In this document: positions 37,494 through 48,809 of the stretch, piece by piece
How the letters are laid out: each line of letters starts with the position of its first letter
How positions within the stretch are numbered: the stretch's first letter is position 1
Origin: Octopus sinensis
Lineage: Eukaryota
NCBI RefSeq assembly: GCF_006345805.1
Contig: NC_043000.1
Location: 9,176,001 to 9,240,000, forward strand
Length of the DNA stretch: 64,000 nt
Reading direction: 5' to 3'
The notes under the pieces: generated by a model
The model's input: only the letters and a program-made list of their open reading frames with translations
What the model was told of the DNA's origin: nothing
Databases searched by the model: none
Translations under genes and position numbers: made by a program

Positions 37494-40400
37494 AAACTTA
37501 GATAAAACTTAGATATGTTTCGACCAGAGATTGGTCCAGGCCATGTCTAACTTAATAGCACCACCTGATAGGATTATTCGAATCCTGTTTAAGTCAAGTT
37601 TTGTTCAAGTAGTGAGTTCTTGTTGGGTGAGTTGTATCCAGTTTTGTTCAAGTAGTGAGTTCTTGTTGGGTGAGTTGTATCCAATTATGGGTCGGCTTAT
37701 CTGGTATTCTTTGAAGGAATCTATCCAGACTCTGTTTGAAGTTGTTGGGATCCTTTTCCTCTTTGATCTCCCTCGGGACAATGTTAAATAGGGCAGGGCC
37801 TGTTGAGGAAAAGAAATTATGTTGCAGTGTACATGTATGTTGTGATCTTGAATTTGGCAGGGGACGTATAGCCCGTGGTCCAAGTCTCGGATGGACCTTG
37901 AAGCTAATGTTTAGGTCGTTTGGGCAAAGTTGGCGGTATATTTTCCACATCGTACAAATGATGTACCGCTCACGGCGACGCTGGAGGGAGTAAAGTTTCA
38001 AGGCTTTAAGGCGATCCCAATAGTCGAGAGCAGCCATGCCTTCAATTTGTTTAGTGAGAGCCCTCTGGGGTGACTCAATTCTGGAGATGTTTTGTCTTGT
38101 GTGAGGAGACCACAGTGGGCAGCAGTATTCAAGGTGTGGCCGTACAAAGGATGAAAAAAGTGGTATGATGATACCTTGTTCTCTGGACCGGAAAGTTCTT
38201 AAGATCCAGGAACTCATCCTACGAGCTGTATCGACCTTCTTGTTGATGTGTGCACTCCAACTGAGATCGTCATCAACAATTACACCCAGGTCTCTGATAT
38301 TGTTAGAGGCTGTGAGCGGTTCCCCTGAAGGAAGAGAGTATGGTTGTTTTAGTGAGGAATTTCTTCCAAAATGCATCAGCTCAAATTTTCCCTCGTTCAG
38401 TTGCATTTTGTTTCTGTCTGCCCATTGACTCACAGCATATAGATCAGACTGGAGTTGAGTTCGGTCTGCTTCTTCATTGACGATTTGCTGGAGCTTAGTG
38501 TCATCAGCGAATATTTTCACTTTGCAGTGATGTACGACACTGGAAAGGTCGTTTACATAAATTATGAAGAGTAGCGGACCCAAAACAGTTCCCTGGGGAA
38601 CACCGCTGGTGACTTTTGCTGGGTTTGAGTGGACTCCATCAACTACAACATGTTGTGTTCTATTCGCTAGGAAATACTGAATCCAGTGTAGAACTTTTCC
38701 ACGGATTCCAACATTTGCCAATTTTGAGAGTAGGATGTTATGGTCTACCCTGTCGAACGCTTTACTGAAGTCAAGATATATGACATCAGAGTTCGAACCT
38801 GTTCCCAAGGCTTTGAGTACATCTTCAATGTGGTGTAAGAGCTGTGTTAGACAGTCCCTGCCACAGCGAAAGCCATGCTGATTTGCATTTAGGAGTTTGT
38901 GGGTCTCCAGGAAGTCAGCTATCCTTGATCTTAACACTCTTTCAAACACTTTAATGATGTGGGAGGTGAGTGAGATTGGGTGACAGTTGAGTGCGAGGGA
39001 TCTGCTTCCCTGTTTGAAAACCGGGATGACCGACTGGGATAGAAACTTTTTCGCTATATAACCTGCGTCTAACGAGTTTCTCCAGAGGTTGGTCAGAGGG
39101 ACTGCAAGTTGATATCTACATTCCTTCAGGAGACTGGCGGAAAATCTATCAGGGCCTACAGCAGAGTAATGTTTGACCTCATTTATTGCTGCTACGATGT
39201 CGGTGGCAGTGAAGGTTATGTCTGCGATTTTGTGTTGGGAGTCAGCTTCGTTCGTTTCCCTCACATCAATATCAGTGGGAACACTGAAGACAGAGCAATA
39301 TTGTTTCTGCAGTATTTCTGCCATTTCTTTAGCATCGTGTTGGGGAATGCCGTTTTCATCAATCAATGGCCCAATAGGTGAGACAGTGGTTTTATGCTTA
39401 TTTGCATAAGAATAGAACACTTTTGGGTTCTGTTTGATGTTTTTGATTACCCATTGTTCCTCCACAGCTCTTTGATTTTCAATGGAGGTTTTCATGTTAG
39501 TCTGCAGATGAAGTTTTTCCAGCTCTAGTCTTTTCATTGTTGTTGAATGTGGATGTTGTATGTGGGAATATTTTAATTGGTTGATTTTTTTGTTGAGTCT
39601 TTTGATGCGCCTGATGAGTGTTTTTTTTCTTTTTAGGGAGCCGGTTTCTGTTTGTGTTAGTAGATTTCTTGGGAGCGTGTTTAGAGCATGTGTCGGTGAC
39701 AATGGTTTCAAAGTGCTGCCACGCGGTCTCAATATGAGGGGAATTGAGAGTAAAAGACCAGTCGATGGAAGACAGATCCTTTCTGATTGTTCCCCAGTCC
39801 GCTTTGTGGAAATTTATGTTGTCAAATGGGTGCCATGGAGTGGGATTGGCTGGTTTGGTTTTTATACGTCGGGAATTAAGATTGCAGAGTACCATGTCGT
39901 GGTCTGAGAGGAGAGTTTTTTCGACTGAAATGCTGTGAACGTAGCTAGAGTGATTGGTCAGTACCAGATCCAAGATCGTTTTATTCTGTCTCGTTGGTTC
40001 AAGCACTAGCTGAGTCAGGAAATACTCATCCATCAGATTAAAGAGCAGTTCTGCTGCTGCCCTATCTGATGTAGAGCACTTGCCTAACTTCGGAGTATTT
40101 GTGGGCCAGTTCACATGAGGGAGGTTAAAATCACCCATCACTATTATGTTTCCGGAGTGGTACTTCCGAAGTAAGGACTTGACTTTGCTAAGGCACACTT
40201 CAAAGTACTTTAGAGGTGCCTGGGGAGGCCTGTAAAGACCAACAATGGTTATGTCCTTGGCTTTGTTGTATACTGATACCGATTCACAGTAGCCATTGGA
40301 AAATGTGTCCTTGGCATCAAGTGAAAAGGAGTCATGGATAAAGATGGCTGTCCCTCCCTTATTTCGGTCTGTGCGATCCGCACGAACAATGGTGAAATCT

Positions 40401-40700
40401 TTTATTTTCACCTCTGCGTCCATATGGGTGTTGTTCAGGTGAGTCTCGGTAAGGATAAAGAAAGGGAAGCAATGTGCCATTTCGGCAAGCCAACTCTCTA
40501 TATATGGGATCTTCCATTTTTGGGCAATAATTGATGGGTTGATGCCACGTACATTTAACAGGAATGTCGAGGTAAGGGAAGTTGGTAATGGGTGAGTGGT
40601 CCTTGTGATTTGCATAGATGGTTGGTGATGGCTCGCTGGATCTCCTGGCTTAGGTCGGCCTTCATATTTTCCAGGTATGTCAGTAAAAAAGAGTTACTTG
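37494..40700 (-). mobile_element. CR1/L2-group LINE (copy 1), truncated in ORF1
   Basis: APE endonuclease and RT ORFs, 3' UTR hairpin, (CTAAGTTTTAT) tail and a short ORF1 C-terminal remnant. Confidence 0.93.
37648..40615 (-). pseudogene. LINE ORF2 (APE + RT), one frameshift near 39500-39730
   Basis: LLNVRG, LTETHL, MGDFN, SDH; SKAFDRVDH, SGVPQGTVLGPLLF, FADD. Confidence 0.93.
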
Positions 40701-41290
40701 TTTGGTTATATATATATTTATTTTTATTTTTATCTTTTATTTACTTATTTATTTATTTTTTATTTATTTATTAAATATATATAACTATCAAAAAGTATTA
40801 AAAAGTTTAATATAAGAATGTCAATATATACCTATACATATGCGCGTGTCTGAATGTGTGTCTGAGTGTGTGTGAGTGTATGTGCATGTATATGTGTGTG
40901 TGTGTGTATGTATATATATATATATACACACTCACATATATATACTAATACTTTTTAATACTTTTTGATAGTTATATATATTTAATAAATAAATAAATAA
41001 ATAAAAATAATAATAAATAAAAAAATAAAAATATATATGTATATAAATTTATAAATATAAATTAATAATTTTAAATTTTTAACTTTAAATTTAAATAATT
41101 TAAATTTTGAATTTTATATTTTATATATTTTGTATATTATATTAATTAATTTTAATTCTATCTTTTGGTTTATGTTTTTCACCGTTTGATTTGCCTAATA
41201 GTGGTTTTATCTCTAATTAATTTATATTTATACTGTAAAATTAGATTTAATCCTAAATCTAATTTTTCCCTGTAAGCTTGGATTTACTCC

Positions 41291-41329
<39 letters not shown>

Positions 41330-41402
41330 TTAATCTTTCTAACTATGTCCCACAAGTCGTCCTCAAACTTCTTCAGTCTTGGGTTCGGTGGCGGCGTAGC
41401 CA

Positions 41403-42542
41403 ATGTTATTAGCGAACAAGGATAATTATCGGTCCGGGAGGTCTTACACTAACCCAAGACCCGTTATTCATCCGAGAATCACCCACCCAAATGCGAGAGC
41501 TGGCGTCCCGACCCATCACACTGATAGGAATAAGCATATATGGTTTGTAATCCCCTTTGGTAAGCAGATTAGAACTAACCTCCCCCTCATGTTTAGACAA
41601 GCCATCGCCAATAACTTCCCCAGAAATTCCAAATATTACTCCACGGTTAACTCACATAAAGTTAGGATAGCTTTCTCCAACACTAAAAACCTCGCCCAGA
41701 TAATCGCCTCCCATAATAATAGGCTACTTACTAAGACCCTATCACCTTTTTCCGGAGGCACAGCCTCTTCCGCTCCCGGTTTAATGCTCAGTAGGAATAA
41801 TTATAGTAGTAATAATGATATGAGAGCCAGTACAGTGACACATAATCTCAGCTCCAGCCAGGGAGTACCCACTAGGGGTATAGTTATAAATAGGGGTGTT
41901 GTGGTTGATGGTAACAATGGGAGTAGGGTAGAGAGCCCCTTTAGCATCCCCAGCATCATTTCCCGCAATAGCAGTACCACGGGCAGTAGCAATGACAGCA
42001 CTCTGATAGATAGTGGAGAATCAGGGGTTATTCCTATAGTTAATAGTGACGTAGTGGAAAATAGAGTAGTAAGCGGCTGCAGGTCTCGGAACGAATATAG
42101 TGACAGGAACGCAGTTCTAATTTCAGAAACCAATCCTAGCAGAGTAAGATTCACGTCGGCGAACTCCAAGATCAGAAACGCCGTCTACCAATGCAAGGTT
42201 TACACGGACTCAGATGCCTTCACTTATATAGGGGCATCATCCTCAAGATTGTCTTTGCGTGTCTCCAACCATTACGCAACTTTTCGGGACGTGAACAAGC
42301 GCCAGACCACGGGACTCAGTAAGCTAATATGGCGACTGAAGGATGCGAACTTAAGCTATAGGCTGGAATGGTCAATTTTGTCGGTGGCCCTCCCATTTGA
42401 TAGGGGCAGAAGACAGTGCAACCTTTGTGTCTCCGAACTCTTCCATATTTTGTTTGCCAGAGGCCGGATGGTAAACGGGCTCTTACAGTCGGCTTTTCGA
42501 TGCCCCCATTGGCGGCGTTACACTTATCTGGCCTTTAAATAG
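41403..42542 (+). CDS. 379-aa uninterrupted ORF: IWF thumb-region segment + S/N-rich linker + GIY-YIG endonuclease + C-terminal CxxC..CxH
   Basis: AVYQCKV..YIGASS..R.SNH, GLSKLIW.LK, CNLC.SE and CPH motifs; ATG to TAG with no disruption. Confidence 0.75.
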   Translation: MLLANKDNYRSGRSYTNPRPVIHPRITHPNARAGVPTHHTDRNKHIWFVIPFGKQIRTNLPLMFRQAIANNFPRNSKYYSTVNSHKVRIAFSNTKNLAQIIASHNNRLLTKTLSPFSGGTASSAPGLMLSRNNYSSNNDMRASTVTHNLSSSQGVPTRGIVINRGVVVDGNNGSRVESPFSIPSIISRNSSTTGSSNDSTLIDSGESGVIPIVNSDVVENRVVSGCRSRNEYSDRNAVLISETNPSRVRFTSANSKIRNAVYQCKVYTDSDAFTYIGASSSRLSLRVSNHYATFRDVNKRQTTGLSKLIWRLKDANLSYRLEWSILSVALPFDRGRRQCNLCVSELFHILFARGRMVNGLLQSAFRCPHWRRYTYLAFK

Positions 42543-43147
42543 CGTTTATAATAAGACCGGCACCCATAGCCCTTGGTAACAAATTCTGAAATAGATTTTA
42601 AGATATCTACAATTAACCACTGCAAGGGAAATTACTCCTGTAAGACAAACGGGGCTTGTTTTTTCACAGCGGGGGGTTTCCTTGTCAAGGTAGGCTTAGA
42701 TGAACACACACACACACACATAAAACATAAAATATATATATAATTTCTTTATTTTTTTCTTTCTGCCACCCAACGGTTATCACGGCAGTAGCCACTGACA
42801 GCCGAACGATCAAACGCACACACGTACACAAAAAATGTTTTCTACCCCTACGCCAACACACACATATATAGAACAGTATACACACACACGTCTCTAAGTA
42901 GATTTTTTCTCGCCCCTTATAAAACATCCAATATTCTTTAAATAGTCAGAACTTTATTCTCGGTCACAAAGAACATCTATACACCCTCACCCACATGTTT
43001 GACCGATGCCTGACCTGTTGAATTCTTCAGCCACCGGTTCTCAACATACACTGATAAACAGTTTCGCCATGGGCTCTTAGGAGCACAGTTCGATTTGTTT
43101 TTGCTCTGCCTCTGTTCTGTTTTTGTTTTTCCAACGGATTTCCTTTT

Positions 43148-43232
43148 TTCTTCCTGAAGAGAAAGACACAATATGGTCCCATTATTCAATCGGATTTTGG
43201 TAATTTGTGCCTTTCGAAACACGTGTAGAATG
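43148..43232 (+). ncRNA. Type I hammerhead ribozyme
   Basis: TTC-CTGAAGA-GAAAG(A)CACAA..TTGTG(C)CTTTC-GAAAC ACGT GTA-GAA; palindromic ACACGTGT stem III. Confidence 0.8.
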
Positions 43233-43608
43233 AAATAAAACGATTTCTGTTCAATCTGCGTTCAGCTCCATTTCTTCAATTCACCAATAATGTTTTAATT
43301 TCAATTATCCGCACCAACGCACGGTTGCAACGCCAGATGGTTGTACCTCCAACCGTGCTGTTCACTGCTGTGATTTTTGCTACTAAGGTATCGGTTAAAC
43401 TTTTGATTAATCTACTACAAGATTATTCATCTTTCTATTTCACATAATTATATATATATATATATATATGCTATGGTTTTGTGTTGAGTTTGATCTGAGA
43501 ACATAATCTTTTGTGGTGAATGGCGATTTGACGTCTATATCTAGCATGTTGACTGTCCACTTTTCGTGTTCAGTCCTTAATTGGTATATATATATATATA
43601 TATATATA

Positions 43609-44952
43609 CGGGGGTTGGACAAAATGATGGAAGCATCTAGCATCATAGCATCATAATCTTGAAATATCTATAAAACCGTCAAAAGCTTGTTTTTTTTGCA
43701 TTTTTTAATTTATTATTAGTGTTTCTTATTATATTTTGCTAAAATTGCTGTTCCTTTTCACATATCATCAGAAAAAGGTAATTAAAATTCCTTAAAATGA
43801 CAGATCTGTCGAACTTTGAAAGAAGTCAAATTGTTGGTGCTCGTATGGCAGGCACTAGCGTAACGAAAACAACTTGGTCTATCAAGAAGTACTGCCTAGA
43901 AAGTAATGACAGCCTTTGAGAAAGAGGTAAAACCCTCCTCGTCGAAACAAAACTCCGAAAGAAAATCAAAACTTTCAGATAGGGACCGTTGGACTCATAC
44001 TTGAATTGTTAGAAAGGATCACAAAATACAGCTCCCAAAATTACTGCAGAGCTTAATGAACACCCCGAGAACCCAGTTTCCATAAAAACTGTTTGCACAA
44101 AACCAGATTTCACGGTAAGGCTGCAATCAGAAAACCACTACTTTCAAAAACAAACGTTGTAAAACGTCTAGATTGGAGTAAAAACCTACAGAATTAGTCC
44201 CTAGAGCAGTGGGAAAATGTTATTTTCTCGGACGAGTCATCCTTTACCTTATTTCTGACCACCAGCCGAGTATACGTGTGGAGACAGCCAAAAGAAACAT
44301 TTGACCCAAACTATTAATTCTGCCATGTAAGGAAACCATTAGGTCGGCAAATTTCCAAGACATACACCCGCCCCAGCACCAGATCATCACAGATCCTCCG
44401 CCATGTTTAACAGTTGGTCCAAATGTTAAACATGGCGGAGGATCTGTGATGATCTGGTGCTGGGGCGGGTGTATGTCTTGGAAATTTGCCGACCTAATGG
44501 TCTCCTTACATGGCAGAATTAATAGTCAAGACTATTTAAGCATTTTATCTGATCAAATTCATCCTATGGTTGCGGAAACGTAATATTTCAGTATGATAAT
44601 GCACCAATTCACATAGCTAGAGTTGTTACTGAATGGCACAAGGAACATTCTAGTGAAGTTGAACATCTTATCTGGCCACCACAGCCCCCAGATCTCAGTA
44701 TTATTGAACATTTATGGGGCATTTTAGAAAAACAAATAAGGTGTCGATATCCTCCACCATCATCACTACAAGAGCTGGAAACTGTTTTAGCTGAAGAATG
44801 GACAAATATTCCTTTGGAAAGAATTCAAATTTTGTACGAGGCCATACCTCGTAGAATTCAAGTTGTAGTTACTGGCAAAGGCGGTCCTACCCCATATTAA
44901 AATAAATTCGTTTGAAATTTTAAGGTGTTTCTATTATTTTGTTCAACCCCTG
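43609..44952 (+). mobile_element. Tc1-type DNA transposon, degenerate transposase about 43797-44900
   Basis: TIRs CGGGGGTTGGACAAAATGATGGAAGCATCT / AGGTGTTTCTATTATTTTGTTCAACCCCTG and TA flank; IFSDES, VKHGGGSVMIW, DNAPIH and PDLSIIEHLW motifs. Confidence 0.92.
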
Positions 44953-45557
44953 AATATATAATGAATAGATCTATATGTACAGGTTCAATAAAAAGAGTAA
45001 TCTATCTAACAAGAGTAAATATTGTTTTTAATGACCACCTCACATATATGGCCCACTCTACTAAAAGTCTCACGCACATGGAACCCACGTACGTTCATTC
45101 AGGCGGTAGCTATACCATCGGACTTAAATACTGGACCGAATTTAAAAACGAGACGAAAAAAATCAAGATTAGGCGGATTATGTGGAAAATACCGTTAGGC
45201 TGGCTATACAGAATGTAAACCTCGATAATGCGACGATCGAATGATGTGAAATCGGATGGAAAAGCTTTTGGATGAAGAAAATTTATAAGAAATGTAAGGA
45301 ATGATAGAGCAGTTTTTAAAATGGGTGTATGTACAAAATAATATACAAATCGTATTATATAAGAATATGTTTTTTTTTAAAAGGTGGCATATGCAAATAT
45401 AATCTACAAATACTATAAATATAAAGGAAATGTAAATAAAGAGAGAATATGAAAAATATATATATATAATATAATAATATTAAAACATATATCGAAATAT
45501 TATAAAATGTAATAACAAGTAATAAAAATATGAATACGAGTTGATATGCTAGCATGA

Positions 45558-45631
<74 letters not shown>

Positions 45632-45635
<4 letters not shown>

Positions 45636-46757
45636 CTAAGCTGCACAAGGTAAATCAATTGGTAACCAGGTTATCAAGCACGGGTGGCATCTACCAGTTT
45701 TTTTAAAGAAATTTTTGTATATGTTTGCAAGTACTAAAAATCTCGGATCATGAATTCAAGATCGAGTTTGGGAACTTGGATCTAAATAGGATATGCGCCC
45801 TTTCTGCCAAACAGAGCCTGCATTTATTAGAACCTTTTTTGTATGGTGTAAATTTTTCTATAATTTTCCATTTAATTGTATATGGTATATTCTTTCGTTT
45901 CAGTTCCCACATATAGCTGGACAATTTCGTGATATTGCTATTCTCGCCTTAACGGAAAGTTGATAAGTGGTTTGTATAACGTTTATATCTTATTGGCTAT
46001 GTTATTGTTGTTATGGTTTGCAATCACATCAGCTCCGCATATAACTGATTCTGTCTTACATTGTTTATCAAGCGGGAAAAACTCTGGCTCTCGACAGTTG
46101 CAGCCAGTTTCCCTTTCCTGACGCTGGCTTTTCATATTAGGACAGCAACTATATAAAAGCTTCACTAAATTCCTATTGAACAATTTTCTGAATTTATGGT
46201 CATTCGTGAAGTGCTTCTCCGTAGGCGCAAGGAATTTCTTGCCAATATTTGTTTTAACATTGAGGGCAAAAAGAGGGGCAAACCAAATAATCTTTCTAGA
46301 CATATTCCTATGCTTTGTTTTATCACTGTTGATGCTTTGATTATCATTATTAGGGGGTTTGTAAACTAATTTTTCCCTAAATCCGGTGTTAGCCAAAGCT
46401 TTATTGTAATATAGTGCGGCCTTATCAAGAATTTCCTCAGAGGACGAGAGAGATGACACTCTTTTGCTAATATTCTCTATTAAGTTTCTAAAACGCCCGG
46501 TGGGTGGTACGACTGCTTATGTATGTATGTAAGTTTTTCACTTACTTTGTGAAACGGCTTGTAAGAAGAAGTTAGGTTGAATGGCACATCTAAATAATCT
46601 ACTACAGTAATTTTTAGTCCCAAATAACTAAAAGTAGAAATTAACTGCTTTCTGAATTTATCTAATGCTCGACCGCGAAACACGTGGGAGACAATCAAAC
46701 TGTCATCCCGGTATAGTCCCACATCTATATGTATGAATGCATAGATATATATGTAAG

Positions 46758-46794
<37 letters not shown>

Positions 46795-47350
46795 GCGCGT
46801 GTGTGTGCGTACGTGTGTGTGTGTATGTGTGTGTGTTTCATTCAATGGTATTTTCTTAAGATGAACATGATGTTCATACACCCACCGACTACAAAAGATC
46901 CCCAACATACACACTAATGCACATACACATATACCTTTATGTGTGTGTGTACACGAGCGCACACACTCAAACACATACTGAGTACACAAAACACTTATCT
47001 GTGTGTATATATCTATCCATTCATACATACATACATACATACATACATACATACATACATACATACATACATACATACATACATACATACATACATACGT
47101 ACATACATACATATAAATAAATAAATCGAGTTAAACGCAGGTGTTATTCAAATTCTTTTGCTTCTGACCCATGTTTCGAAGATAACACTGGTATTATTTC
47201 AAAGAAATAAAACAATGTAATCTTCTCTTCAGGGAAATGAAGAAATGAAACTCGTCAATAAGACATTTTAACAAGGAGTTACACTTTTTTTTACTTGTGT
47301 GATTTTTGTTACCCTGGTAACTATTTGTCTGTTTTTCCGTGTTAATTGCT
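45632..47350 (-). mobile_element. Canonical Naiad-type Penelope-like element (coding remnant 45703-46725)
   Basis: GLYRDD, YHPP, IIWFAP..VKTNIGKKFL, YSCCPN, CNCR....PLD..C knuckle, KRYTNH, LSSYMWELK and CRLC..E motifs. Confidence 0.88.
47161..47238 (-). ncRNA. Hammerhead ribozyme, partly degenerate
   Basis: CTGAAGA-GAAGAT(T)ACATTG..CAGTGT(T)ATCTTC-GAAAC ATGG GTC; stem I weak. Confidence 0.65.
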
Positions 47351-47625
47351 AACAAGGGAAAAATACACACATCTATTTATATATACATACATAATACATA
47401 CATACTACATGCATGCATATATTCACACTTATAATTAGGATAAATTTAAAGTGTGAAATATTTGTAAATGTATAAAAATGCATGTATGTCATTATTCTGT
47501 TTATTTCAAGATTTCTTACCAATAGAGAAAGAACCGGTTTCTAAGCTAGCTAGATCCAAAACCTCTTCTTTGGAATTTCATCATCAACAACAGAGTATTT
47601 TTGTATGAATGTATTTTTGTATGTA

Positions 47626-48020
47626 TGTTTTATGTATGTATTCTCATGCATATAGTTGCATATCTAGACATGCTCATATATATTTAAATGATAAACTTCT
47701 GGAAAGTTTTACAGATTTTTACACTTCCAGTGATGAATTGGATCTGTAGTCTTTGAATGTATGTATGTACATACATATGCATGTACATATGTATGTATAT
47801 ATGTATGTATGTCTGTATGTATGTATGTATGTATGTATGTATGTATGTATGTATGTATGTATGTATATGTGCAGATCTGTATATTTTGTTTTATGTATGT
47901 ATTCTCATGCATATAGTTGCATGTCTAGACATGCTCATATATATTTAAATGATAAACTTCTGGAAAGTTTTACAGATTTTTACAGTCCCAGTGATGGACT
48001 AGATTTGTAGTCTTCGAATT
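47626..48020. repeat. About 130-bp direct duplication separated by (TATG)n
   Basis: GTTTTATGTATGTATTCTCATGC...GTAGTCTT at about 47626-47755 and 47888-48015. Confidence 0.9.
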
Positions 48021-48103
48021 AGCTTTCTCCTCGCTGATTTTGAGAAGCCTAATTTCTCGAGATTGGTATTTAGGCAGTTTGTTACATATCCCACGGCCCC
48101 AAT

Positions 48104-48281
48104 AATCTAATATTTTCCTATCCTTCCTTAATACCGGTTCCCATATACTACTCATATCTACACTCAGTCTGCAGTTGTGCAGCACATATACTAGGACACA
48201 ACAACCTCCTAAGCAGACCGAGTGCAGATGTGAGTAGCATATGGGTACTGGTATTGAGGAAGGATAGGAAAATATTAGATT
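48104..48281. mobile_element. Small foldback/MITE: 69-bp arms, 40-nt spacer
   Basis: Arms 48104-48172 and 48213-48281, 7 mismatches by my count. Confidence 0.75.
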
Positions 48282-48298
48282 TATAAGCCCTAAAATTC

Positions 48299-48460
48299 GG
48301 GCATATGGCGTAGTGGTTAAGAGCGTGGGATACAAACCCCAAGATTCCGAGTTCGATTCCATGCATTGACGTTAATAATAATAACATCGAAAAAACCCAG
48401 GTTCGAAATTTCCCCAAGACACCCAATGCAAGCTGGCGGGTATATGAGCCGAAACGTTAT
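48299..48460 (+). mobile_element. tRNA-headed SINE-like element with decayed hammerhead tail
   Basis: Box A TGGCGTAGTGG (48306), box B GAGTTCGATTC (48349), then sequence homologous to the 17265-17355 hammerhead region. Confidence 0.65.
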
Positions 48461-48461
48461 C

Positions 48462-48660
48462 TTATTTATCTTCGGGCTTATCCTTCCGATGGATTTCATT
48501 ATAGAGTGTCCTAGCTACAACGTCATGTCTCATTGGCAGATAATACCATGATGACATTTTCGGACAACGACTTATGATGTGGGTGATATCTTCAATGTGG
48601 ACACCATAAAATCTGCATCTGTTGTCACACTTTATAAAAAACAACAGCCTTACCTCGTAA
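48462..48660 (-). pseudogene. R4/Dong-type LINE fragment (CCHC finger)
   Basis: CRF....EDITHIISRCP....Y..RHD.VA. Confidence 0.75.
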
Positions 48661-48809
48661 GATGGTGCAAGGGAAGAAAGGTGGGAAAAATAGTAGAGAT
48701 GACAAGCATCGACGATGCATCGGACAAGAATGGCAGATGTTGTGAACTTCGAAAATAACAAATAGCAAGCAATCAAGACAAAAAAAAAGAAAGCTTTTAG
48801 GAAGAGCAT

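Larger units (their letters stand above)
41330..43445 (+). mobile_element. Penelope-like element (Naiad-type) lacking RT
   Basis: GIY-YIG ORF, 3' UTR, hammerhead and conserved downstream motif; (TA)n at both ends. Confidence 0.88.

Noticed and set aside
37598-37683. 43-bp exact tandem duplication as a CRISPR-like or regulatory repeat
   Set aside because: Two copies with no spacer, at the LINE ORF2 end; a local slippage duplication.
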